Shown in pieces: positions 1 through 7,675 of a stretch of 13,223 nt of DNA. Source of the DNA: Thermovirgaceae bacterium. GTDB lineage: Bacteria; Synergistota; Synergistia; Synergistales; Thermovirgaceae. The stretch lies in assembly GCA_046542505.1 (NCBI GenBank), contig JBKHBH010000056.1, positions 1 to 13,223 on the forward strand. Direction: 5' to 3'. Both the position numbers and the translations under genes were made by a program. Every line of letters begins with the position of its first letter. Position 1 is the first letter of the stretch. The notes beneath the pieces were generated by a model. The model was not told the origin of the DNA and made no database searches. It saw only the letters and a program-made list of their open reading frames with translations.

Positions 1-1603
1 AATGATACGCAATCTGGCGCTGTGCCAAGTCCTGAACCATGAGATGCCTTTCAGCCGACTCCAGGAGTACGAGCTGCTGACCGGCATCACGCGTGTCAAG
101 CGCTACCCTCAGCTGTCGGTCGCCATACATCCCGCTCCCGAGAAAAATGAGACCCGCCAGCGCCACGGTTGCCATCGACACGCCGAAAAGCTTCACGATC
201 CACTCCCGCCTGAGTTCCGTCCACTCCGAACCCGTCGACAGCATTTTCCTGTTGGCGAGGGCAAAGGCAAAAGCCATCCACAACACATTCTCGATCCTGT
301 GAAAGGGCCTCGTCCACATGGCGTTGAACCACAGCAAAAAAAGAATGCCGCAGGCCCAGGCCGTCTCGGGATCAACTCGTATACGTCCCGAAAGCACTCT
401 CCCGAAAGACCGGAGCCACCAGATACCGAAGAGGATGAGAATCACCCCGCCGACGACTCCCGTTTCGCAAAACCACTGGAGCACCTCGTTATGGGCCCAG
501 AGCGTAAACTTCCATTCCTTTCGGGGCCATCTCTTGAGCATTTCCTTCTGGGCGTCAAGATAGTTCCACTTGTAATGCCCCAGTCCGACGCCGCTTACAG
601 GGTGCATCCGGAACATGGTGTAGCTCGTTGCCCAGATGCTGTCCCTCTTGCCGACGGTTTCAGGTTCACTCAACATCTGGCCTGATTTTGCAAGAAAGAT
701 ATTCCCTCTGCCGAAGGCATAGGATGCGAAAAAGGTCGCCAGCAGGACAAGAAAGACGGCGGCGTTCCTTTTCCAAAAGGTCTTTTTGTCGATCCCGAAG
801 CCTTGGCGCATATACACCAGCGTCAGGATCAGCCATCCCGCTATGAAGGACAGGAAGGCCGACCGGCTCGTAGCGTTCCACAGCCCCCAACTCAATCCCG
901 CAAGGAGAAACCCATTCAAAAGGGCCGTGACTTTTACCTCTCCGTTTTCGGCCGGCAACCCTCTTTGAAGTGCCACATAAACCGTTCCCAAAAGTCCCAT
1001 GGCGATCCACAAGGCGAACATGTTCTGCTGTCCCGTGTTGCCGATGTACTTTCCCGGAGTCGGGAGAATAAAGTCAAAAAGACCGTTCAGATCACGTATT
1101 TGCAGCTCAGCGAACACCGTGTTCGCCAAAGCGTTTACGGCGGCACAGAGGATGAGGACTTCGAGCAGTTTCCCGCTTCCCCTGTAACGGACGAGGACAT
1201 ACACAACCCACAGTGAAGCGAAGAAAAACCATTCCCTCACGAAGGTGGGAATCGATGTTAACGGTGCCCACAAGGGTTGCATGGTGAGAAAAAGAAGAAG
1301 GAAAAGCCAGATGGCACCGAAGGAGTCGAGAGCGAATCCCGTCTGGGCCGCACCATATTTTGCCAGTCGGTACCCAGCACACAAGGCAAGTACGGCAAGG
1401 GGAACAAAAGCAAAAAACCACTTGAGCAGGTGAAGCGTCTGGAACCATGCCGTTCCGGAAAAGACGATATTCGGGACAGTAAGGACGATGAAAAGCAGTC
1501 CGGCATATAGCCCGAAAGGGACGAGTTCTTTCGCGCCCGCGGTAGAATCAAGGGAGTCCATTTCTACAGGGTTCAGTCTCGTGTCCTGCAGTTTTGAATC
1601 CAC
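1..1603 (-). CDS. O-antigen ligase family (Wzy_C) polytopic membrane protein, possibly PglL-like O-oligosaccharyltransferase; 3'-truncated by the window edge
   Basis: Manual minus-strand translation gives a stop-free frame of about 534 codons from GTG at 1603 (GGAGG 9 nt upstream; alternative in-frame starts GTG 1627 and ATG 1561) to the left edge: MDSKLQDTRLNPVEMDSLDSTAGAKELVPFGLYAGLLFIVLTVPNIVF... It has many hydrophobic segments and the motifs YIGNTGQQNMFALW, NATSRSAFLS, KRDSIW, HPVSGVGLGHY, WAHNEVLQWFCETGVVG and WTRPFH. It is probably missing from the ORF track because no stop lies in the window. Confidence 0.9.
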   Translation of the reverse strand, partial: MDSKLQDTRLNPVEMDSLDSTAGAKELVPFGLYAGLLFIVLTVPNIVFSGTAWFQTLHLLKWFFAFVPLAVLALCAGYRLAKYGAAQTGFALDSFGAIWLFLLLFLTMQPLWAPLTSIPTFVREWFFFASLWVVYVLVRYRGSGKLLEVLILCAAVNALANTVFAELQIRDLNGLFDFILPTPGKYIGNTGQQNMFALWIAMGLLGTVYVALQRGLPAENGEVKVTALLNGFLLAGLSWGLWNATSRSAFLSFIAGWLILTLVYMRQGFGIDKKTFWKRNAAVFLVLLATFFASYAFGRGNIFLAKSGQMLSEPETVGKRDSIWATSYTMFRMHPVSGVGLGHYKWNYLDAQKEMLKRWPRKEWKFTLWAHNEVLQWFCETGVVGGVILILFGIWWLRSFGRVLSGRIRVDPETAWACGILFLLWFNAMWTRPFHRIENVLWMAFAFALANRKMLSTGSEWTELRREWIVKLFGVSMATVALAGLIFLGSGMYGDRQLRVALDTRDAGQQLVLLESAERHLMVQDLAQRQIAYH

Positions 1604-1636
1604 CCGTTTACGCCTCCCCCGATGCACAAATTCCCC

Positions 1637-2989
1637 TCAGATAGAATCCCAGGCCATGTTGACGAAATGGGCGTATTCTTTCCGGAAGATGAGTTTTACC
1701 ATTCCCGTCGGTCCGTTTCTGTGTTTTGCGACGATGATTTCCGCCGTCGGATCCGTCTCCTCTCCCGTGTTTTCATAGTACCCCGAACGATAGAGGAGAA
1801 TTACCAGGTCGGCATCTTGCTCGATTGCGCCGCTGTCCCTCAGGTCGGAAAGCTGCGGTTTTTTTTCCGTCCTCTGCTCCACAGCCCGTGAAAGTTGAGA
1901 AAGGGCGATGACAGGCATGTCAAGCTCTCGTGCGACGGACTTGAGCGATCGCGAGATCTCGGCTACTTCCTGCTGTTTGCTGTCGATTCTTTTCGTGAAA
2001 TGCATCAATTGAAGATAATCGACAACAATGAGACCGATCCCGTCCTTCGCGAATTGCGACTTGAACCTCCTGCTCCTTGCCCTGAGGTCAAGGGTAGACA
2101 GGACGGAACTGTCGTCGATAAAGATCGGGGCCCGCGCAAGCTCTCCGGCTGCCTCGGCGAGATCCGTCCAGTTATTCTCATGAAACATTCCCGTTCTCAG
2201 GTCATGGATATTCACTCTGGCACGGGAGCCCAACATACGCTGTACAAGCTGTTCCGCACTCATTTCAAGGCTGAAAAGAAGGACCGGGCTGCCATGTTCA
2301 ATGGCGGCATGAAGTGCTATATCGAGAGCGAAGGCCGTCTTTCCCATGGAGGGCCTCGCAGCCAGGATATTCAGGCTTCCAGGCTGGAACCCGCTCGTCA
2401 GGGTTTCGAAATCCTTGAATCCGCTTGGAACGCCCGTAACGCTCGTCGCCGGTGAATGAAACCTCTCTTCGATGGCCTGGAACGTCGGCGCGAGGACATC
2501 ACCGATACGTCTGAAAGGAGCCCTGCTTCCGCTCTGGGTAACTTCAAAGACAGCCCTTTCCGATTCATCGAGAACGTCCTCAAGCTCCTTGTCCTCGGCA
2601 TAGCCAAGCCGTGCTATTTCTCCCCCCACCTGGATAAGCCGCCGGTGCACCGATTTGTCCTTGACGATTCTGATGTGGTATTCCACATTCGCCGTCGTCG
2701 GGACGGCATCCACCAGGCCCGCAATAAAAGGCTGGCCACGGGAAGAATCCCTTATTTTCTGCTTTGAGAGCTCCTCAAGAAACGTCAGCGGGTCGACTGG
2801 TTTTGATTTCGCCGCCATATCGCGCATGAGCTTGAAGGTCTGCTGGTGTTCCGCATCGTAAAAATCCTCAGCTCCAAGGCTGTCGACGGCCAACGTCAGC
2901 GCATCTGCATCAAGAAGGCAGGACCCGAGGACAGCCCTTTCCGCTTCCAGGTTATGGGGAGGAACCTTGTCGAAAAGCCGCCCCGCCAC
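1637..2989 (-). CDS. dnaB: Replicative DNA helicase DnaB
   Basis: 450 aa. N-terminal PPHNLEAERAVLG, Walker A AARPSMGKT, IVVDYLQLM, ALSQLSRAVEQR, SDLRDSGAIEQDAD, AKHRNGPTG. GTG start 1 nt after the rplI stop, with GGAGG inside rplI. Normal length, no intein. Confidence 0.98.
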   Translation of the reverse strand: MAGRLFDKVPPHNLEAERAVLGSCLLDADALTLAVDSLGAEDFYDAEHQQTFKLMRDMAAKSKPVDPLTFLEELSKQKIRDSSRGQPFIAGLVDAVPTTANVEYHIRIVKDKSVHRRLIQVGGEIARLGYAEDKELEDVLDESERAVFEVTQSGSRAPFRRIGDVLAPTFQAIEERFHSPATSVTGVPSGFKDFETLTSGFQPGSLNILAARPSMGKTAFALDIALHAAIEHGSPVLLFSLEMSAEQLVQRMLGSRARVNIHDLRTGMFHENNWTDLAEAAGELARAPIFIDDSSVLSTLDLRARSRRFKSQFAKDGIGLIVVDYLQLMHFTKRIDSKQQEVAEISRSLKSVARELDMPVIALSQLSRAVEQRTEKKPQLSDLRDSGAIEQDADLVILLYRSGYYENTGEETDPTAEIIVAKHRNGPTGMVKLIFRKEYAHFVNMAWDSI

Positions 2990-2990
2990 G

Positions 2991-3437
2991 CTAACCGGCC
3001 TCCACGGAAACCGTCATTTCGGCTTCTACACCCGGGAAAAGCCTGATCGAGACCGGATAGGAGCCCACTTCCTTGATTTGCTCCTCCACCTTGACTTCCT
3101 TTTTGCTTATGTGCACGTCGAACTGCTTTTTCACGGCATCTGCGATCTGCGCCGTGGTAATGCTTCCGAAGAGTTTGCCCTTTTCACCTGCGCTTGCCGT
3201 CACTTTCACTGTCTTGCCCTGAAGGAACTTTCTCGATATTTCCGCTTCTTCACGGGCCTTTTCATTCTTCGCTTGTTTGGAACGTTCCTTTTCCTTGAGC
3301 TCGGCGATCTTCCCCTTTGTCGCCTCTTCCGCCAGTCCCCGGGGTATCAGGTAATTCCTTCCATACCCGTCGGAGACTTCGACGAGTTCACCCTTCTTCC
3401 CCAGTTTCTGCACGTCTTCCAACAGAATGCATTTCAT
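2991..3437 (-). CDS. rplI: 50S ribosomal protein L9
   Basis: 148 aa. MKCILLEDVQKLGKKGELVEVSDGYGRNYLIPRGLA and GKLFGSIT motifs. The SD GGAGGTGA overlaps the stop of the upstream gene. Confidence 0.98.
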   Translation of the reverse strand: MKCILLEDVQKLGKKGELVEVSDGYGRNYLIPRGLAEEATKGKIAELKEKERSKQAKNEKAREEAEISRKFLQGKTVKVTASAGEKGKLFGSITTAQIADAVKKQFDVHISKKEVKVEEQIKEVGSYPVSIRLFPGVEAEMTVSVEAG

Positions 3438-3444
3438 CGGGTGA

Positions 3445-4395
3445 TCACCTCCGCATTCGCGATCTCAGATCGAACCACATATCAATAATACCCAAAAGCA
3501 GGATCAGTTGCGTCAACAAAGGCACGAAAAGCGACAGGGCTACTCCGATGTACCGAAGGGCCTTCGGTGCCCCTTTTTGGCACATGTACGCCCATGCCAC
3601 GGCCAGTCCCTGCAGATAAAAGAGTATCATCACAAGGATGCGCAAATTCATGCCGATCCTCGGGATGATTTCAGGAACATTTTCGATAAACGAGGCCATG
3701 GAAAACAGGACCGCCACCAGAAGGGCCCAGAACAGGTTCTTCGGAAAACTCCAGTAGGAAAGCGCCGGTATTGGAGGGAGCATTCCCTTGCCTATCCGTT
3801 TCATCACGGCCCTGCTGATGACATAGCTCAAAAACGAATCCAGGGCGGACGCCATGATTAGAAGGGCCGGAAAGACATAGGGGAGAAGATTCAACGTCGA
3901 CCTGATCTGCCCCTCTGCCGTGCGGAGCGCTTCCCCGGACATCCCGATACGCTGGTAGACAGCAAGGACATTATCCATGACGGAATTGATGTCCCCGGCA
4001 TCGAGCCCCAGAGGATTGATACCCGTGATCTTCACGATCAGAACCATAAGGAGCAGTTTCCCCCCGAGGGAAACCAGCACCCCGTAAAGGAGTATCTCCA
4101 CCGAGGAATTCGAGCGCCTGGCAAAAAAACCAAGCCCGACTCCGAGCATTCCGAAGCCAAGAAGGAAAAACAGTCCTCCCGTGACCCCCGTGAGGGCACT
4201 GACAAGAAAGGAAGCCACAAACACGCCTAAAGCGGCCCTCCCAAGGCTGTGCCGCAGCCCCAGAACGACAAGCGGGGCGGGGCAGACAAGGGCGAAAGCC
4301 ATTCCCACGACAGGAAGAACATAACCGGCGAGAAAAAGAACAACCGCCAGAGCCACAAGAAGCGATGATTCCACGACCTCCCGGGTTCGGTTCAT
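3445..4395 (-). CDS. yybS: YybS family (DUF2232) integral membrane protein
   Basis: 316 aa, multi-TM. Starts ..TREVVESSLLVALAVVL, contains CPAPLVVLGLRH and FYLQGLAV, ends LLGIIDMWFDLRSR. Sits in the canonical position between rpsR and rplI. Confidence 0.88.
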   Translation of the reverse strand: MNRTREVVESSLLVALAVVLFLAGYVLPVVGMAFALVCPAPLVVLGLRHSLGRAALGVFVASFLVSALTGVTGGLFFLLGFGMLGVGLGFFARRSNSSVEILLYGVLVSLGGKLLLMVLIVKITGINPLGLDAGDINSVMDNVLAVYQRIGMSGEALRTAEGQIRSTLNLLPYVFPALLIMASALDSFLSYVISRAVMKRIGKGMLPPIPALSYWSFPKNLFWALLVAVLFSMASFIENVPEIIPRIGMNLRILVMILFYLQGLAVAWAYMCQKGAPKALRYIGVALSLFVPLLTQLILLLGIIDMWFDLRSRMRR

Positions 4396-4443
4396 ACCCT
4401 CCCACCTCGCAGGCTGCAGGCTTTTCTCATAACTTCAGGACAA

Positions 4444-4477
4444 TGAAAGGGGAGAAGCCACGGCTCCTCCCCCTTCA
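4444..4477 (-). terminator. GC-rich hairpin downstream of rpsR, probable intrinsic terminator or RNA-stabilising stem
   Basis: Minus strand TGAAGGGGGAGGAGC-CGTG-GCTTCTCCCCTTTCA: about 15 bp stem with two G-U pairs, 26 nt after the rpsR stop. The U-tract is weak (UUUCAUUG). Confidence 0.7.
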
Positions 4478-4503
4478 GGCGGTTCTTTGTCAATACCGTG
4501 CAC

Positions 4504-4740
4504 CTATTCGACCGTATAGGGCAACAGGGCCACAAAACGGGCCCGCTTTATGGCCCGGGTCAACTGCCTCTGGTGCTTCGCGCAGTTTCCCGTGACGCGG
4601 CGAGGAATAATCTTCCCGCGGTCACTAAGGTATTTTTTCAATTTATCGGTCTCCTTGTAATCGACCTTTTCGACCTTGTCAATGCAGAAGAAACAGACCT
4701 TGGGCCGTCTTTTTCTCCTCTTTCCTCTCGGATAGGCCAT
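4504..4740 (-). CDS. rpsR: 30S ribosomal protein S18 (zinc-binding C+ type)
   Basis: [57 protein letters not shown]. Start placed at ATG 4740 because AGGAGG lies 6 nt upstream; the ATG at 4746 abuts the SD. Confidence 0.98.
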   Translation of the reverse strand: MAYPRGKRRKRRPKVCFFCIDKVEKVDYKETDKLKKYLSDRGKIIPRRVTGNCAKHQRQLTRAIKRARFVALLPYTVE

Positions 4741-4779
4741 AACCATCCTCCTTTTACGCGAATCGGATACCGGTTTTTC

Positions 4780-5283
4780 CTAAAAGGGGATATCCACCTC
4801 GTCATCATCCCCCTTGTCGGAATCCACTTCAGAGAAATCCATGGGGAATTCGTCGTCAAACCCCTTTTCTCGAAGGCTTCCGACACGTTCCTTTTTTTCT
4901 TCGCCGCTACGCTGATTCCCCTGGTTCTGGTAATCACCGTCATTGTCCCGACGGCTCCCGACAAAGTTCACCAGTTGCGCGACGACTTCCGTGATCCATC
5001 GGCGTTCGCCGCCTGACGTCTCATAATTTCGCACCTGCATGCGCCCCTCAACGAGGACGGCACTTCCCTTGCGCAGGTAGCGTTCACAATTTTCGGCCTG
5101 GTTTCCGAAAACCACAACAGGTATGAAATCGACCTGTTCCTGCACTTCCCCGTTTCGGTTCTTGCTGACCCGGTTTACCGCCACCGTGAGTTTGGCGATG
5201 GCCTGATTGGACGTGGTATACCGGACCTCCGGATCCCTGGCCAAGTTTCCCATGAGAATGACTTTGTTGAAACCACGTGCCAC
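4780..5283 (-). CDS. ssb: Single-stranded DNA-binding protein
   Basis: NKVILMGNLARDPEVRYT, YLRKGSAVLVEGRMQVRNYE and acidic tail ending DIPF. Start placed at GTG 5283 (MARGFN), with GGGAGTG upstream. Confidence 0.97.
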   Translation of the reverse strand: MARGFNKVILMGNLARDPEVRYTTSNQAIAKLTVAVNRVSKNRNGEVQEQVDFIPVVVFGNQAENCERYLRKGSAVLVEGRMQVRNYETSGGERRWITEVVAQLVNFVGSRRDNDGDYQNQGNQRSGEEKKERVGSLREKGFDDEFPMDFSEVDSDKGDDDEVDIPF

Positions 5284-5295
5284 CGCAATCACTCC

Positions 5296-5580
5296 CTAGC
5301 TTTCATCACGAAGGGTGATCATATGACGCAGGACCTGCTGTTTGAGCCGCAGGATCCGCTCGACTTCCGGGACCTTGTCCGGTTCCATCTTGAAGGTAAA
5401 AATCGAGTAATGGCCTTCAGTCCGTTTCTGAATGGGGTACGCAAGACGTCGTTTTCCCCAGACATCGACCTTCTCGATTCCACCTCCGAGGTTCCGCACG
5501 ACCTCCTGCACCTCGTCGGTCAGAGCCTGATGGTCTTCAAGTTCAGGCTCCAGGATCATCATCAATTCGTAGGGTCGCAC
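5296..5580 (-). CDS. rpsF: 30S ribosomal protein S6
   Basis: 94 aa. MRPYELMMIL, WGKRRLAYPIQK, EGHY. GTG start with a strong GGAGGTG SD. Confidence 0.98.
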   Translation of the reverse strand: MRPYELMMILEPELEDHQALTDEVQEVVRNLGGGIEKVDVWGKRRLAYPIQKRTEGHYSIFTFKMEPDKVPEVERILRLKQQVLRHMITLRDES

Positions 5581-5645
5581 GATTTCACCTCCTCCCTTTG
5601 GGCTTTTGGTCCCTCCTTGAGCTTCGGAGGAACAGGGACATACGA
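5581..5645 (-). promoter_or_regulatory. Putative S6:S18 ribosomal protein leader (translational autoregulation of rpsF)
   Basis: The 5' UTR reads ..UGUCCCUG UUCCUCC GAAGCUCAA GGAGGGA CCA AAAGCCCAA AGGGAGGAGGUG. It has an inner hairpin UUCCUCC/GGAGGGA, then an unpaired CCA (CCR motif), then an outer helix UCCCU/AGGGA reaching into the SD. This matches the known architecture by eye; no covariance search was run. Confidence 0.7.
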
Positions 5646-5651
5646 ATCGGT

Positions 5652-5680
5652 ATTATACGCTAGCGGCCCTCACCAGGCAA
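5652..5680 (-). promoter_or_regulatory. Sigma70-type promoter for the rpsF-ssb-rpsR operon
   Basis: Minus strand TTGCCT (5680-5675), 17 nt spacer, TATAAT (5657-5652). It overlaps the last codons of the upstream gene. Confidence 0.8.
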
Positions 5681-5965
5681 GTGATCGTCTGAGACGACCT
5701 CTATCCTGAAAATCTGTTCGCCCGGAAAGGTCAGGTTGAACTGCTCCCGTGCAAGTCTTGCTATTCCCTCGGGCGTGTTGTAAAAGCGAATCTTGTCTTC
5801 CAGCGCCTGAATCTCCCTATTCGTCCGGACAAGGCGGTCCATTCGCTGGTCCACAAGCAGGGAGAGCCTGCGAATCTTCTGGATCTCCATAATGTATGCA
5901 GTTCCGATGATCGCAAGGATGCACAAAGCCGCCGCGAAAAGCACAACCCAGCGCAACCTCGGCAT
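5660..5965 (-). CDS. Septum formation initiator family protein (FtsB/DivIC-like)
   Basis: 101 aa. One N-terminal TM helix, a coiled coil (LVRTNREIQALEDKIRFY), then GIARLAREQFNLTFPGEQIF, matching the DivIC/FtsB ARE.L....GE signature. ATG lies 3 nt after the argS stop. Confidence 0.85.
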   Translation of the reverse strand: MPRLRWVVLFAAALCILAIIGTAYIMEIQKIRRLSLLVDQRMDRLVRTNREIQALEDKIRFYNTPEGIARLAREQFNLTFPGEQIFRIEVVSDDHLPGEGR

Positions 5966-5968
5966 TTC

Positions 5969-7651
5969 CTACATCCTCTCCGGTGCCGTTATCCCCAGAA
6001 GTTCCAAGGCTTTCGCGAGGACAACCCTGGCGGCCTCCGTCAAACACAGGCGCGCTGCCTCAAGGTCTTCTCCAACGCCCAGGACACGGTGGGCGTTATA
6101 GAAACTGTGAAAGGCACTGGCCAGTTCATAGAGGAAAAAGGTTATCCTGTGGGGTGCGAATTCCTCGGCCGCCTTTTTGATCTCGTCCGGAAAGGTCGAA
6201 ATCTTTCTGATCAGCGCAAGCTCCTCCGGCTCCTTCAATAGCGAGACATCTACAGCATCGGGGGTCCTGAAAAGCGGTGCCCCTCTCGATTCTGCCTCCC
6301 TGAAAATGCTGTTGATCCGAGCATGTGCATACTGGACGTAATACACGGGGTTCTCGGTGGAGGTGCTCTTCGCGAGTTCCAGGTCGAAATCGAGATGGCT
6401 GTCTGAACGTCTCATGGCGAAAAAATACCGTGTCGCGTCGACGCCGACTTCGTCTATAACTTCCCTGAGGGTAACAAACTCGCCGGAACGCGTCGACATG
6501 GAAACCTGTTCTCCACCGCGCAGGAGGTTGACGAACTGGATAAGTACGATTTCAAGGTCATAGGGCTTCCTTCCAAGGGCCTGCACAGCGGCCTTCATTC
6601 TCGGAAAGTATCCGTGATGGTCCGCTCCCCAGACATCGATAACGAGATCAAAACCTCTGTCATACTTGTCCTTGTGATAGACCACATCGGACATAAAATA
6701 CGTGGGGACGCCGTTACTGCGAACCAGCACACGGTCCTTGTCGTCGGAAAAGGCCGTCGCCCTGAACCATGTGGCACCTTCGCCATCGTAGGCATATCCG
6801 TTATTTTTCAGTGTTTCTATGGCCCTTTCCATGGCGTTGCCCTCATAAAGAGACTTTTCCGAGAACCAGACGTCGAACTTCACACCGAAGGTCTCCAGAT
6901 CTTTTTTAATGCCTTCCAGGATCCGTGTTTCTGCATATTCTGTAAAATAGGGCAGACTCTTTTCGGTTTCCTCCTCGAGAAATCTTTCCCCTTCGCGATC
7001 CCGGATCTCTTCCGCGAGTTCGTACAGGTATGCGCCCTTGTATCCGTCCTCAGGGAACGGAGCCGCCTCCGGCTTGCCGCAAATCTCGAAATACCGTGCC
7101 TGGGTTGATTTGCCTAGAAGCTCCATTTGCAAGCCGGCATCGTTGATATAGTATTCTCTTTCGACGTTCCACCCTGCAAAAGAAAGGATATTCGCACAGA
7201 TGTCACCCACGGCGGCTCCACGGCCATGACCGACATGGAGCGGTCCCGTTGGATTCGCGCTCACAAATTCGACCTGGACTTTCCTGCCTTTGCCGACATC
7301 GACCCGTCCGAAATCATCCTTCTTTTCTATGACATTCAAAAGCATATCGGAAATCCACTTGTTCGACAGCACGAAATTTATGAAACCGGGGCCGCCTATC
7401 CGCACTTCATGGAGATACTCGCTTTTTTCGAGACGGCTCACGATATCTTCCGCGAGGTCCCTCGGTTTCATTTCAAGGAACCTGGCCCACTGCAACGCCG
7501 CATTTGTCGCCCAATCCCCGTGATCCTCACGTTTCGGCCTTTCGATTTCCACAAGGGAATCTTCCTCGATTGCCTTTCCCCGCTCTTCTGAAATCTGGTG
7601 CAGCGCCTCGGCCACAAGATCTTTCAATATTTCCGACACGTCTTTTTTCAT
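5969..7651 (-). CDS. argS: Arginine--tRNA ligase
   Basis: 560 aa. HGDWATN, GPGFINF, VEFVSANPTGPLHVGHGRGA (HIGH), YYINDAG, WGADHHGY, MSTRSGEF, NPVYYVQYAHARI and terminal LGITAPERM. Confidence 0.98.
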   Translation of the reverse strand: MKKDVSEILKDLVAEALHQISEERGKAIEEDSLVEIERPKREDHGDWATNAALQWARFLEMKPRDLAEDIVSRLEKSEYLHEVRIGGPGFINFVLSNKWISDMLLNVIEKKDDFGRVDVGKGRKVQVEFVSANPTGPLHVGHGRGAAVGDICANILSFAGWNVEREYYINDAGLQMELLGKSTQARYFEICGKPEAAPFPEDGYKGAYLYELAEEIRDREGERFLEEETEKSLPYFTEYAETRILEGIKKDLETFGVKFDVWFSEKSLYEGNAMERAIETLKNNGYAYDGEGATWFRATAFSDDKDRVLVRSNGVPTYFMSDVVYHKDKYDRGFDLVIDVWGADHHGYFPRMKAAVQALGRKPYDLEIVLIQFVNLLRGGEQVSMSTRSGEFVTLREVIDEVGVDATRYFFAMRRSDSHLDFDLELAKSTSTENPVYYVQYAHARINSIFREAESRGAPLFRTPDAVDVSLLKEPEELALIRKISTFPDEIKKAAEEFAPHRITFFLYELASAFHSFYNAHRVLGVGEDLEAARLCLTEAARVVLAKALELLGITAPERM

Positions 7652-7675
7652 GGCTGCATCAACCCCATTTCAGGT

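Noticed and set aside
2..1510. Plus-strand ORFs 2..685, 803..1216 and 1277..1510, and short minus-strand ORFs in other frames
   Set aside because: They are antisense or off-frame shadows of the O-antigen ligase family CDS, with no recognisable motifs.
1637..2989. Possible intein in DnaB, a common intein host
   Set aside because: The protein is 450 aa with contiguous helicase motifs, so there is no insertion.
4488..4493. Perfect TTGACA on the minus strand just after rpsR (another overlaps the lyase stop at 12370-12375)
   Set aside because: Neither has a -10-like hexamer 16-18 nt downstream; that position falls inside the GC-rich hairpin in both cases.
7652..7675. T-box riboswitch upstream of argS
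   Set aside because: The intergenic gap is only 24 nt, and I saw no T-box consensus or terminator.
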